DNA of 64,000 nucleotides from an archaeon GW2011_AR15 (GCA_000830295.1 CP010425.1:608001-672000); one strand, 5' to 3'; positions 38,079 through 48,235 are shown, counted from the stretch's first letter. Notes: a model not told the origin generated them from the sequence alone. Numbers and translations: made by a program.

Positions 38079-40777
38079 AATTGATTTTGGCTCTGGTATG
38101 TTTCATTTTATTAGCGGCAGCAGCAAGCGCAGAGACATATCTTTACATGAAATTCAACTACACGCTTGAAAACCCTGATTACGGAAATGAACTTGAAAAT
38201 ATTGAAAACCTGAAAATAACAGAAATATTCACTATTGAAGATACTTACTGGAACAGCTATTATTTCTCCACAGCAGGAGATGCTCATGAATCATACCAGC
38301 TGAAGATATACGGAGGCAGCCAGCTTCTCTATGACGGGCCGGTATTCCCGCAGCTCGGAAGCGCAGCAATAAAATACAGCAGCGGATACAGCGGGCTTGT
38401 CATATATGACGGAAACAATGAAGTGCTTTCCAGAAATATAAATTTCTGCAACAATAATAATGCCTGCGAGCCATGCCTTGATGAAAACTGTACAAAGGCA
38501 GAGAGCGTTTTGACCTGTGGAGACTGCGCAACAGGAAGCGATGACAACTACTGTGACCTCTACAATGACGGGGTATGCGATGCAGACTGCTATGGCGCAG
38601 ACGGAGACTGCAGGCAGTGCGGGAGCTCATGCTATTACAGGGATGACGAAAATGTATACACAACCTGTTCAGGAATATATAACGGGAACATCTGCGAGCC
38701 AGGAGAGGGATGCACAGGCGCATGGGGATATGCAAATGATTCAGGATTCTCGTGCTGCATGCAGGGAACATGCGTCAAGCCCGAAGCAGGCGATTATGAA
38801 ATTGAAGGGAAAAGCTGCTCTGATTTTTCATGGACAGAATGCACAGCTGCAGAATCATGCAAGGGAGAAGAGATATACCTTGAGCACAACGGTGCCACAT
38901 GCTGCCAGGGAACATGCTCTGAAAAAAGCCAGCTGCTTCCGGATATTAACATTGACGCCGGAGAAAAAGGGCCGGTTCTCACGCTGATAGCTGCCGCAGT
39001 CCTTGCTGCAATACTCATCGTATTGTTTACCAGAAAAAAGAAGCCCCTGCCTCTTGCCATGCTCATTTTCCTCATGGCGCTGCCGTCAGCATTCCCTCTT
39101 GAGTCCCAGGCAGAGCAGATGCAGAAAATCTGCAATGTTGCAGAGGCATACAACATGCCCGCCACAACCCTCCTTGCAATAGCATACAAGGAAAGCGGAA
39201 TCCAGCATTACAATTCTGACGGAAGCATAAAGGTGAGTGCAGACGGCGGAGTTGGGATAATGCAGAGGCAGTGGGGAGGGGACCCTGCAAACCTCCCATC
39301 AGGCCCGCTGTATATCTGCCACGGGAACAGCGCCATAGACAGCAGGCAGCTGGACGCAAAAAAACTGGATGACAACATAGAATGCGGGGCCATTGAGCTG
39401 ATAAGAAAATGCGAGACATTCAACTGCATAGGCAACACAAAAGAATATTACTGCTCTAATTCCGGCAACCCTCTGCCTGAAAAAAGAGTGCTTTATTCAG
39501 GATGGGACATTGCACTGAGGGCATACAACGGCTGGGGATGCGAAGCGCCGTATTACAGGGATTTGTGGGGAGCAAACAGCCAGAAATACATAGACCTTCT
39601 TGGCAGGATCCAAAGCTATGTCGAGAGTTTCCATGAAACTGAAAAGCAGTTTACTTCTGTCTGTGACGGCACAACCCCAGGCGGGCCTGAAGAGCCTGCT
39701 CCAGGGGAAGATACCTCAGATATACCGCAGGAGATACTTGACGGCACAAAAATAGGGATATATTATATCAATCCTTCTTTCAGGACATATGCAAATGTCA
39801 ATTTTGAGGAAATATACAATGAGGTGGCATACAGCAGCCAGCTTATTGAAGAAGCCCTGGTCTATATTGGTGAAGGCAGCTCAACCTCTAAGGCAGTCGA
39901 AAGAGCACTTCAGGCTAAAGACAACTGGCAGATTAAGTCATGCTCTGGAAAGATGTGCAGCTTCATAGTTGATACAGGCTATTCTGTTTTTGTATACAGT
40001 GAAGGGGCATATGAGGAAAAGCCCATTGAGCTGAAATTCAGCCTGACAATAGATGAATCAGGAGTAAAGAACTTTACAGCTTTTGAATATGACGAGCTGC
40101 CTTATGAGCAGCAGCCAGTGGAGGAAGAGCCAGAGGAGCAGCCTCCAGTGGAACAGCCGCCAACAACAGGAGGGCACCTGGACGGCATAGATGTGTCGCA
40201 CTGGCAGGGGAACATAGACTGGCAGCAGGTAAAGTCAGACGGGAAGCAGTTTGCGTTCATAAAAGCGACAGAGTCAACAAATTTTATTGATAATAAGTTC
40301 TACTACAATATAAACGAGGCCACAAAAGCAGGTATAATGGCAGGTGCATATCATTTTGCCAGGCCGTCAGCAAACGATGCAAGGTCAGAAGCAAGGTTCT
40401 TTGCAGGCGTGGCAGGACAATATGTAGGCAGTGGCTATCTTAGGCCGGTGCTTGACCTTGAGAAAGGCTCAGAGCTGGGCAGCGCAAGGCTCTCAGCATG
40501 GGTGAATGAGTTCATGGAGGAATTCAGGGCAATTACAGGAGTTGAGCCGATAATATATGCAAATGCGAATTATGTAAGGAATTACCTCGACTCGTCAACA
40601 AACAGGTATGATTTATGGGTAGCGCATTATTATGTCCCGCAGCCCGGCATATCAAGACCATGGCAGTTCTGGCAGTACACAGACAGAGGAGTTGTAAAGG
40701 GCATAGGCGAGCTGGTTGACCTTAATTATTTCAGCGGCGACACTGCAGCACTGAATTCAAGGTTTGTGGTTGCCTAA
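38075..40777 (+). CDS. secreted multidomain muralytic protein: Cys-rich region, TM hairpin, lytic transglycosylase (SLT-like), GH25 muramidase
   Basis: LLAIAYKESG...GVGIMQ...ALRAYNG; GIDVSHWQG, FIKATE, GAYHF, VLDLE, LWVAHY, FWQYT, VDLN. Confidence 0.9.
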   Translation: MKLILALVCFILLAAAASAETYLYMKFNYTLENPDYGNELENIENLKITEIFTIEDTYWNSYYFSTAGDAHESYQLKIYGGSQLLYDGPVFPQLGSAAIKYSSGYSGLVIYDGNNEVLSRNINFCNNNNACEPCLDENCTKAESVLTCGDCATGSDDNYCDLYNDGVCDADCYGADGDCRQCGSSCYYRDDENVYTTCSGIYNGNICEPGEGCTGAWGYANDSGFSCCMQGTCVKPEAGDYEIEGKSCSDFSWTECTAAESCKGEEIYLEHNGATCCQGTCSEKSQLLPDINIDAGEKGPVLTLIAAAVLAAILIVLFTRKKKPLPLAMLIFLMALPSAFPLESQAEQMQKICNVAEAYNMPATTLLAIAYKESGIQHYNSDGSIKVSADGGVGIMQRQWGGDPANLPSGPLYICHGNSAIDSRQLDAKKLDDNIECGAIELIRKCETFNCIGNTKEYYCSNSGNPLPEKRVLYSGWDIALRAYNGWGCEAPYYRDLWGANSQKYIDLLGRIQSYVESFHETEKQFTSVCDGTTPGGPEEPAPGEDTSDIPQEILDGTKIGIYYINPSFRTYANVNFEEIYNEVAYSSQLIEEALVYIGEGSSTSKAVERALQAKDNWQIKSCSGKMCSFIVDTGYSVFVYSEGAYEEKPIELKFSLTIDESGVKNFTAFEYDELPYEQQPVEEEPEEQPPVEQPPTTGGHLDGIDVSHWQGNIDWQQVKSDGKQFAFIKATESTNFIDNKFYYNINEATKAGIMAGAYHFARPSANDARSEARFFAGVAGQYVGSGYLRPVLDLEKGSELGSARLSAWVNEFMEEFRAITGVEPIIYANANYVRNYLDSSTNRYDLWVAHYYVPQPGISRPWQFWQYTDRGVVKGIGELVDLNYFSGDTAALNSRFVVA

Positions 40778-41307
40778 TTATCCGAATCATTCAGAAAGTC
40801 AAGAAGCAGCTGGACAGAGCCCTTTTCTTTTTCAGAAAATATTTTTTCTATATACCTAGACAGCAGGAAACCGTAGAACATAGGAGGGTCCTGGGCACCA
40901 GGCCAGTCATAATCTACAGGATCATAAAAGCTTACCCCGTTTTCCTCCCTGATTAAATATGCCTGTGTGAACTCTACATCATCAATCTCGTCATTATATT
41001 CCTTAAGGACGTTGGTATATTCTCTGTTTGCGGCTTCCTTGTCAAATTCCCCTGCATCCACCACTCTGAACCATGGGCTGTGATGTTTTTTCCACAGCTT
41101 TTCAGGAGGCTCGCCGCCCTCATTAGCAATCCTGTACAGCTCATCAGCAAGCCTGTCAACAGACATCTCTGAGAAAAAAGTTCCATGGTTGTCATGCCTG
41201 AAGCCGGGGTCCTGTGCTATAATCTGCTTATAGAACTCTGCAGTGAGTATCCTCACTTCCCCCATTTCCCCGAGAGGGTGCGTGGTTATGGCAACATACT
41301 CATACAT
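40774..41307 (-). CDS. hypothetical protein
   Basis: 177-aa acidic ORF. Confidence 0.55.
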   Translation of the reverse strand: MYEYVAITTHPLGEMGEVRILTAEFYKQIIAQDPGFRHDNHGTFFSEMSVDRLADELYRIANEGGEPPEKLWKKHHSPWFRVVDAGEFDKEAANREYTNVLKEYNDEIDDVEFTQAYLIREENGVSFYDPVDYDWPGAQDPPMFYGFLLSRYIEKIFSEKEKGSVQLLLDFLNDSDN

Positions 41308-41395
41308 TATCCACGGTAATTATAATTTATTTAAATAGCTATTTCTGAAACCATAACATTTTAAATATATAGCGTGTTTCCAGAGTTTCAGGTGG

Positions 41396-42622
41396 GTGAT
41401 TGTTTTGATTAAGATTCCTAGGGAGTTTATAATAGAAAAAATAAAGGAGAAGACGAAGCTTTCAGATAAGGATATACAGTCCAGGATAAAGGACAAGCTG
41501 GACAAGCTTTCCGGCCTGATAAGCGAGGATGGCGCCCTGCATATAATAGCCAATGAACTGGGGGTCAAGCTTCTTGATGAGCCCGGGGAGCTCCAGGTTA
41601 AGAGTGTCATGGCAGGCATGAGGAGCGTCGGAATTACAGCCAAGGTCATCAAGATATATGAAGTCAGGGAATTCAGTAAGGAGAACAGGAAAGGCAGGGT
41701 CGGGAATTTCTTAGTCGGTGACGAAACCGGGGTGATAAGGGTCGTTGCATGGAATGACAAGGCAGACCTGCTGAAGAAGCTGAGTGAAGGGGCTGTTGTG
41801 AAAATTGAGAATGGCTATTCAAAAGAAAATATGGGAAAGCCTGAGATACATCTCGGTGAAAAGACAAAAGTAACAATTCTTGAAAATGCAGATATTGAAG
41901 TGAAGGAAAAGGCAGTGCAGAGAAAAACAATCTCAGAGCTTAATGATAGTGACTCAAATGTTGAGGTAATGGGCACAATCGTGCAGGTTTTTGACCCCAG
42001 GTTTTTCACAGTTGACCCTCAGTCCGGAAAAAAAGTTGTTGAGAAGAACGGCGGATTCTTTTTGGGAGACAAGCAGATTGACAATCCTGATTATTCATAT
42101 GTCACAAATGTTTTCCTGGACGACGGCACAGAGAACATAAGAGTTGTATTATGGAAAAGCCAGACACAAAGGCTGCTTGGAAAAAGCCATGAGGACATTC
42201 TTGCCGGAAGGGAGAATGGGTTTGAGGAAGAAAAGAACGAGCTTCTTGGGAAGATTGTGAAATTCACAGGAAGGACAAACAAGAACGAGATGTTTGACAG
42301 GGTTGAATTCATAGCCCAGCTTGTTGATACGCAGCCCAATCCTGAAGAGGAGATTAAGAGGCTGGATGGCGAGCTTGAGAAGCAGCATGAGACAGAAGAA
42401 GTTGCTGAAAAGCCAGAAGCTGCTGAAGAAGTTGAGGAGATTACAATAGAGACAGAAGAAGCTGAAGAGAAAGATGCTGTTGAAGAAGAGATAAAAGAAG
42501 CGGAAGAGCACAAAAAGACAGCTCCCAAGCCCGGAAAAAAGGAAGAATCAAAAAAACAAGAGCCAGATGACCTCGAAGAGATAGATGATATTGATGACTT
42601 GATGGATTTGGATTCTATTTAA
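41396..42622 (+). CDS. rpa: replication protein A / ssDNA-binding OB-fold protein with acidic tail
   Basis: GLISEDGALHIIANELGV; two OB folds (VGDETGVIRVVAW; LDDGTENIRVVLW); exact start uncertain. Confidence 0.88.
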   Translation: MIVLIKIPREFIIEKIKEKTKLSDKDIQSRIKDKLDKLSGLISEDGALHIIANELGVKLLDEPGELQVKSVMAGMRSVGITAKVIKIYEVREFSKENRKGRVGNFLVGDETGVIRVVAWNDKADLLKKLSEGAVVKIENGYSKENMGKPEIHLGEKTKVTILENADIEVKEKAVQRKTISELNDSDSNVEVMGTIVQVFDPRFFTVDPQSGKKVVEKNGGFFLGDKQIDNPDYSYVTNVFLDDGTENIRVVLWKSQTQRLLGKSHEDILAGRENGFEEEKNELLGKIVKFTGRTNKNEMFDRVEFIAQLVDTQPNPEEEIKRLDGELEKQHETEEVAEKPEAAEEVEEITIETEEAEEKDAVEEEIKEAEEHKKTAPKPGKKEESKKQEPDDLEEIDDIDDLMDLDSI

Positions 42623-42623
42623 T

Positions 42624-43043
42624 TTATTTTAATATCTGGTATTCTGTATGGTCGTCATAGCCAAGCATAAAATTAAGTATCCATGCGTCGCCCGGAAGAC
42701 TGTCAACCATAGACCAGACAACTATTTCAAGAGGACTTTGCTGGTAGAAACTCGTCATTCTCACTAAGTCGCCTGCTTCAATAGAAGGTACTTCTGACTG
42801 GTATTTTTCAAAATAATCGCTATTCTTGCTGTAATTAATATAGATATACCCTCTGTCTACCGGGAAGCCCATCTCCAGTCCTTGCTCATGCATTATCCTT
42901 GAATAATCCTCGAAATGCTCGATTTCCAGAACATTGACATCATACACCTCTTTTCTTGGTATCCAGGGAAGCAGGCTTCCAGCAACTGCTGTATAAATAC
43001 CCAGTGCTGCCATCATTCTTTTCTGCCCATTTGAAAGAGTCAT
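42624..43043 (-). CDS. hypothetical membrane-anchored protein
   Basis: N-terminal hydrophobic stretch; TTTAAATAT upstream. Confidence 0.5.
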   Translation of the reverse strand: MTLSNGQKRMMAALGIYTAVAGSLLPWIPRKEVYDVNVLEIEHFEDYSRIMHEQGLEMGFPVDRGYIYINYSKNSDYFEKYQSEVPSIEAGDLVRMTSFYQQSPLEIVVWSMVDSLPGDAWILNFMLGYDDHTEYQILK

Positions 43044-43078
43044 GAGTACAGAGAAATATTAGTTATATTTAAAGATAA

Positions 43079-43507
43079 ATGAAGAGGGAGAAAGCAGATA
43101 GCTTTTTATTTAACATGTCATTCTGGCCTCTGATGAAAGATTTATACGATATAATAACAGACCCAGAGCACAGCATGGTTTTTGAACTGGATGGCAATTA
43201 TGTAAGAGCCTATAAACTCACCGAAAACAAGATAGAGAAAGCATGGCATATTGAGGCAAAAGAGGCATACGCAATCCTGCTAGGCAGGGACAGCCTGTAT
43301 ATAGGTTCATGGGGAGGGATATCAAGAATATCAGCGGAGGACGGCAGCCTGCTTGCAAAAACAGAAAAGAATATCTACGTAAGGCCCGGCCAAATCATGA
43401 ATCTGATAGGGGATAAACTGGTTGTGATGAACAGCATGGGCGGCCAGGCGCTTTATGATGCAGACACACTAAAAGAAGTATATGTCAAAACAGACAGCTA
43501 TCGTTAG
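43079..43507 (+). CDS. hypothetical protein (beta-propeller-fragment-like)
   Basis: LYIGSWGG, ISAEDGSLL, LYDADTLKEV. Confidence 0.5.
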   Translation: MKREKADSFLFNMSFWPLMKDLYDIITDPEHSMVFELDGNYVRAYKLTENKIEKAWHIEAKEAYAILLGRDSLYIGSWGGISRISAEDGSLLAKTEKNIYVRPGQIMNLIGDKLVVMNSMGGQALYDADTLKEVYVKTDSYR

Positions 43508-43520
43508 CTATCTTCACTGG

Positions 43521-44012
43521 CTATCCAACATACTCTATCTCAAAAGAATTCTTCTTAGGATCCGGCCTGTACATTTCAAAAATATCAGTAACTGCGTGTT
43601 CTATGCCTGAAAGCTGCCCTACAGGAAACTCTTCATCTTTTTTCAGCCTTTTCATGTAGAAGCTTCCTGTGTGTTTCTGCTCTTTTCCCGATTGCCATTT
43701 TCCTGAAATATTAAGCAGCCATTCATTTCCTTCATAGACTGCTTCATATGAAATGGATCTCGTTACAATACTGTCTTTCCCTTTTTCTTGACAATACATG
43801 CGCGCATTAGAATTGCCAAACTCCACGCCGGCTTCCTTTAAGAAATCTACTAATGCACTCTCAAACTTGCTTATTGGCGGCTTGTTAAATTTTGACTGGC
43901 CGCGAACTCTCGGCGTCCTGAATCCCGGATACATAGATCCCTGTATAATCTTATCCACTTCAGAATTGTTCAGCTCTCCCCTGATTTGCAGAGACTGGTA
44001 GCCTTTGGTCAT
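43521..44012 (-). CDS. hypothetical protein
   Basis: 163-aa ORF; TTTAAATAT about 25 nt upstream. Confidence 0.55.
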   Translation of the reverse strand: MTKGYQSLQIRGELNNSEVDKIIQGSMYPGFRTPRVRGQSKFNKPPISKFESALVDFLKEAGVEFGNSNARMYCQEKGKDSIVTRSISYEAVYEGNEWLLNISGKWQSGKEQKHTGSFYMKRLKKDEEFPVGQLSGIEHAVTDIFEMYRPDPKKNSFEIEYVG

Positions 44013-44105
44013 GTAAGGGAGTACTGGAAAGTTATATTTAAAGCTATTCTACGACCTGAAGATGCAGAAAAACAGATTGAGGACAATATCAAAGAATAAT
44101 ATTAT

Positions 44106-44160
44106 TACTTATAAGTAGTTACAAATTGGAAAGGTTTAAATAATAGCAATTTTTACTACT
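44106..44160 (+). promoter_or_regulatory. putative operator/promoter of the RHH operon
   Basis: Perfect palindrome TACTTATAAGTA (44106-44117), TTTAAATA box, and AGTAG...CTACT inverted pair around it. Confidence 0.45.
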
Positions 44161-44167
44161 TTTTGCT

Positions 44168-44314
44168 ATGAAAATCAAAGTATCTGTCTCTATGGAGGAA
44201 TCCACCCTGAAAAAAGTAGAGGAGAAGCTTAAGAAAAGCATTTTCAGGAATAAGAGCCATTTTATAGAGTATGCCACAGAGAAGCTGCTGGAGGAGGCTG
44301 CAAATGAGCAGTAG
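44168..44314 (+). CDS. 48-aa ribbon-helix-helix (CopG/MetJ-like) regulator, absent from ORF track
   Basis: MKIKVSVSMEESTLKKVEEKLKKSIFRNKSHFIEYATEKLLEEAANEQ: alternating beta strand plus N(K/R)SxxI helix. Confidence 0.85.
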   Translation: MKIKVSVSMEESTLKKVEEKLKKSIFRNKSHFIEYATEKLLEEAANEQ

Positions 44315-45905
44315 AAATTACACTATAGAGACTTCCCTCACGCTCGACTACAGGAAATCGGCATGGGGCATAGAAAGGATAGTTCTAGACAGCATCTCAA
44401 ATCATCTGCCTGGAGACAGCAAAGGCACAATAACTTCTGTCAGGCTGAAGCAGGAAGGAGAATATGTTGAACTGAAGCAGGCGGACAAATCAAAGCCTGT
44501 TGAGGAGATTGTTTTTGAAGACAACGGCTCCGGATATGATGCAGGCCTGCTTTCAGTTTTGTTCTCACCAAAGGTAAATTATAGTTTTGCTGTCGGGCAG
44601 TTCGGTGAAGGCCTGAAAATGATTGCCGCAGCAACTATGAGAGAAAAAGTAGCTGTAGAATACAGGTCAAGGAACTGGATAGCAAGGCCATTTACAAAAA
44701 AAGAGAAAATTGACGGATATGATATTGAAAGGCTCTGCTTTGACGTTACAGAAAACGGCGATATGCTTGAAGGCTCAAGGACAGTTTTCCAGAATCCTTC
44801 TGAACAGCTTGTCGCTGAAATATTCAAGCTTCCTGAGAATGTGCTTGCTTTCAATGAATCATATGACGTTTTATCCCTTAAAGATGCTTTCGGAGATTCA
44901 AGATCAAATATAATTGATTTGAAAAAAGGAGCGACATCACTCTTTGTAAGGGGAGTCAGAATTTAGGGGATGCAGTCAATATTCAGCTATGACCTGCACT
45001 CAAATATAGTCTCGCCTGACAGAAGATATGTCGAGAGAGAAAAATACCTGCCAATAATAAAAAACCTCCTTGAAAATCATGCTAATACTAAAGCCATCGA
45101 AAGAGCCCTGCGCGAGGCGCATGAGCATCCGCACAGCGGATATGCGGAGTTTGAGGCATTCAGGCCAGAAGAAAAGAAGAAGGAAAAAATGGAGCTTTTT
45201 ATCAAATTAAACTCCGAGAAAAATTATAAAGAATTAGACTTTCATATCTATAAAGACATAATACTGAGTTACCTAAACAAGTCGCCGGAGAGCAGGTGGG
45301 TTCAGGCTTTCAAAAGGATATTCGGGGAAGACGCAGTCATAGCATCCAAGGACCGGAATATAAACACAGATGCAGAGCTTATGGGACACAGGCCGGTTGA
45401 ATTAAATCAGGATATAGCGGACTATCTTGTCAGCAAGGGACTTCTCAGCGCAGATAATATTAAGAGCACAATGGAATACAGATGGATACCGGATGAAGAG
45501 CTTACTGAATACGAAAGGCAGGTAGTTGCTCTTGTCCCGCATATAGTTCAAGAGCTTACAGGAGGAAAAAAAGAAGTAGAAACAAGAGTTTACGCAGGAT
45601 TATTCAACCAGGCAGGAAGAGAGATAGGCGGCTCAGAAGGTGTCCAGACATTCGATCTTCTTAACGGCAAAAAATTTATAGGTGTAAAAAGGAGCATACT
45701 TTCAGAACCGTATGAATTTGTCAAAACAAGCATCCATGAATTTGGCCATTATGAGACAGGGACCAGGGACTACAGCAGGGAATTCACTGATTTCTTTGTC
45801 AAGATACTGGGAGGAAAAGTTTTTACCAGCCTGCAATCTTCAAACCTTATACCTGTGCAGCAAAGTGCGCAGGAAGGTATGATAAGAGACTGCAATCATA
45901 GTTAA
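44304..45905 (+). pseudogene. GHKL ATPase fused to HExxH domain, interrupted by one in-frame TAG (44964-44966)
   Basis: FEDNGSGYD and GQFGEGLK in part 1; SIHEFGH in part 2; both ORFs in the same frame: LFVRGVRI*GMQSIFSYDL. Confidence 0.65.
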
Positions 45906-45913
45906 AGAACCTG

Positions 45914-46324
45914 TTAATGCAGCCTGTCAGAAAGCTCCATTACTCTTTTCTGCCAGCCATTCATACGGTTCATCACCACTATTTCATAATGCTTAGGTTC
46001 ATCATAAACAAGCTGCCTTGGAAAGTCAGAGCTCGGCTTCACTATTGCCCGCCCGTAGAACAGAAGGCTGCCTTTATAGCGCACTTCAACATATTTTTCA
46101 ACAGAAGAGCTGTGCTCATGATCAATGGGGTTGTTTGATATGCTTACCAGCTCTATATCTCTGAAAAGATAAGTGCCGTCTGAATATTCTTTCCCAAACT
46201 CGTTATCAGAAAACTCTGTATCGCCGACATGACTTGAGCTCAGCTTCTGGACATGCGTGCCATGCTTCTCTGCAATCAGCCTTACTCTGTTGGCCAGATC
46301 CTGGTCCGGATCCAAAATATTCAT
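45914..46324 (-). CDS. hypothetical protein
   Basis: 136-aa ORF; TTTAAATA upstream. Confidence 0.55.
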   Translation of the reverse strand: MNILDPDQDLANRVRLIAEKHGTHVQKLSSSHVGDTEFSDNEFGKEYSDGTYLFRDIELVSISNNPIDHEHSSSVEKYVEVRYKGSLLFYGRAIVKPSSDFPRQLVYDEPKHYEIVVMNRMNGWQKRVMELSDRLH

Positions 46325-46387
46325 ATATTTATACAGAAGAAATTAGTATTTAAATTTTTTCATCTCTCAAAAATTATCCTTAACCCG

Positions 46388-46693
46388 CTATTTCCTATAT
46401 GGTCTTTCTTTTTCTAAATCCTTAATAAATTCCAGCGTAGACTCATACTTCAGCAGGGGAGTGTCAGGCGAGCCGTTGAGTGACATGAAGGCAGATTCTA
46501 CAGGAGTATATCCATTCTCTACAAACATTTTATACCTGATAACAGCATCAGGATGAAACCCGCTGACAGACATGATTGCGGCAGGCAGTTTTGGCACACC
46601 CAGCTGTACCGTCATTCTGTAAGCTGACAGAGAAGCATCGGGACTGGTGCTCCCTGAGAGAATGGCTGCTATTAGTTCAAGTGATTCATCCAT
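46388..46693 (-). CDS. hypothetical protein (probable start ATG 46693)
   Basis: ORF; TTTAAATAT about 25 nt upstream of ATG 46693. Confidence 0.5.
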   Translation of the reverse strand: MDESLELIAAILSGSTSPDASLSAYRMTVQLGVPKLPAAIMSVSGFHPDAVIRYKMFVENGYTPVESAFMSLNGSPDTPLLKYESTLEFIKDLEKERPYRK

Positions 46694-46910
46694 ATAAGGC
46701 CGGAGATGAAAGATATATTTAAAGTTATATACTGCCTCACTGGACACTAAACTGCACTGGACATCCTATTGTGAGCTATATAAATCATCTATTCCTTCTT
46801 ACTGTTTAGCCTGTGCAAAACAGGCCCTCCCATCCCTGGAGCACGGCAAGCCGGAGCTCATAATGAAGGGGATGATGAAATAAGATCCGAAAGGAAAAGG
46901 AGGCAAAAAA

Positions 46911-47186
46911 ATGAATGCAAAAAATAAATTCGGTGGGAACCTGCCGGAAAAAAAATTCAGAATAGGTTCAATATCAGCGACTGTCTGGAAAAACCAGTCA
47001 GAGAAGGATGGAAAAATCCTCGAATACAGAACTGTTTCTTTTGAGAGAAACTACCAGGACAACAAGGGGGAATGGAATACAACCAACTCCTTAAGAGTTA
47101 ATGACCTGCCTAAGGCAGCACTGGTTCTTCAGAAAGCCTACGAATACATTTCATTCAGGAACTCTGAAGATGAAGCAACAGCTTAA
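46911..47186 (+). CDS. small putative nucleic-acid-binding protein (PC4/SpoVG-like fold suspected)
   Basis: [17 protein letters not shown]...[23 protein letters not shown]; AGGAGG RBS; directly upstream of radA. Confidence 0.75.
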   Translation: MNAKNKFGGNLPEKKFRIGSISATVWKNQSEKDGKILEYRTVSFERNYQDNKGEWNTTNSLRVNDLPKAALVLQKAYEYISFRNSEDEATA

Positions 47187-47248
47187 GCCCATTTATTTTT
47201 TGGGCTTCCGGAAAAAATTCCAAAAACAATTTAAAACAGGTGATATTC

Positions 47249-48235
47249 ATGAGTAAACAGGAGCTAGTGCTTGAAACAAAAATGAAAGAAAAAGAAATTG
47301 ATGAACAACCGACAGTCATGGACCTGCCGGGGGTTGGCCCTGCAACAGCAGAGAAGCTTTCCTCAGCAGGCTATGAGACAATGATGGCGATAGCAGTTGC
47401 ATCTCCAGGAGAGCTTGTTGAGGCAGCAGGAATGACTGAAGCCGCAGCAAGAAAAGTTATCCAGGCTGCAAGAAGCGTAATGGAGATGGGCTTTGAATCA
47501 GGGACAGACATACTGATAAAAAGGCAGAATGTCCTCAAGATTCCTACAGGCTCAGAGAACCTTAACCAGCTTTTGGGAGGAGGCTTTGAGACAGGAGCAA
47601 TTGTTGAGTGCTTTGGGGAATTCGGCTCAGGGAAGACGCAGATTGCGCATATGCTTGCTGTGCAGTGCCAGAAGCAGGATGAGACAGCAATGGCGGTATT
47701 CATAGATACTGAGAACACATTCAGGCCTGAGAGGATAATTGAACTTGCAAAAGGAGCAGGACTTGATCCTGACAAGGTGCTTGGCAACATCAAGGTTGCA
47801 AGGGCTTTTAATTCAGACCACCAGATGCTGCTTGCTGAGAAAGTCTCAGACCTAATTACAAAACAGAAGCTCAATGTTAAGGTTGTAATTGTCGATTCCC
47901 TGACTGCCCACTTCAGGGCTGAATTCATAGGAAGGGGAACACTGGCAGAGAGGCAGCAGAAACTCAACAAGCATATGCATGAGCTTCTCAGACTGGCTGA
48001 TTCCCATAACCTGCTTGTATATGTTACAAACCAGGTAATGGCACGCCCGGATGTTTTCTTCGGCGATCCGACAGCTGCAATAGGCGGCCACGTTGTCGCA
48101 CACGCATCAACATTCAGGATTTACCTGAGAAAAGGCAAAAAGGGAAGCAGGGTCGCAAAGCTTGTTGACAGCCCAAACCTTCCGGATGGCGAAGTAGCAT
48201 TCGTCGTTGAAACATCAGGCCTTAAGGACATATAA
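47249..48235 (+). CDS. radA: DNA repair and recombination protein RadA
   Basis: [58 protein letters not shown]. Confidence 0.96.
   Translation: MSKQELVLETKMKEKEIDEQPTVMDLPGVGPATAEKLSSAGYETMMAIAVASPGELVEAAGMTEAAARKVIQAARSVMEMGFESGTDILIKRQNVLKIPTGSENLNQLLGGGFETGAIVECFGEFGSGKTQIAHMLAVQCQKQDETAMAVFIDTENTFRPERIIELAKGAGLDPDKVLGNIKVARAFNSDHQMLLAEKVSDLITKQKLNVKVVIVDSLTAHFRAEFIGRGTLAERQQKLNKHMHELLRLADSHNLLVYVTNQVMARPDVFFGDPTAAIGGHVVAHASTFRIYLRKGKKGSRVAKLVDSPNLPDGEVAFVVETSGLKDI

Noticed and set aside
37002-40777. Prophage lysis cassette
   Set aside because: No capsid, terminase, integrase or holin nearby; the enzymes have export signals and are coupled to pilin-like genes in an archaeal context.
44041-44100. 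Possible gene remnant (RPEDAEKQIEDNIKE*)
   Set aside because: Too short and lacks a start codon; cannot be supported.
44964-44966. Genome-wide amber recoding or pyrrolysine
   Set aside because: Conserved genes such as pcna, ogg and rnj end at TAG at their expected lengths; no pyl genes or suppressor tRNA are seen.
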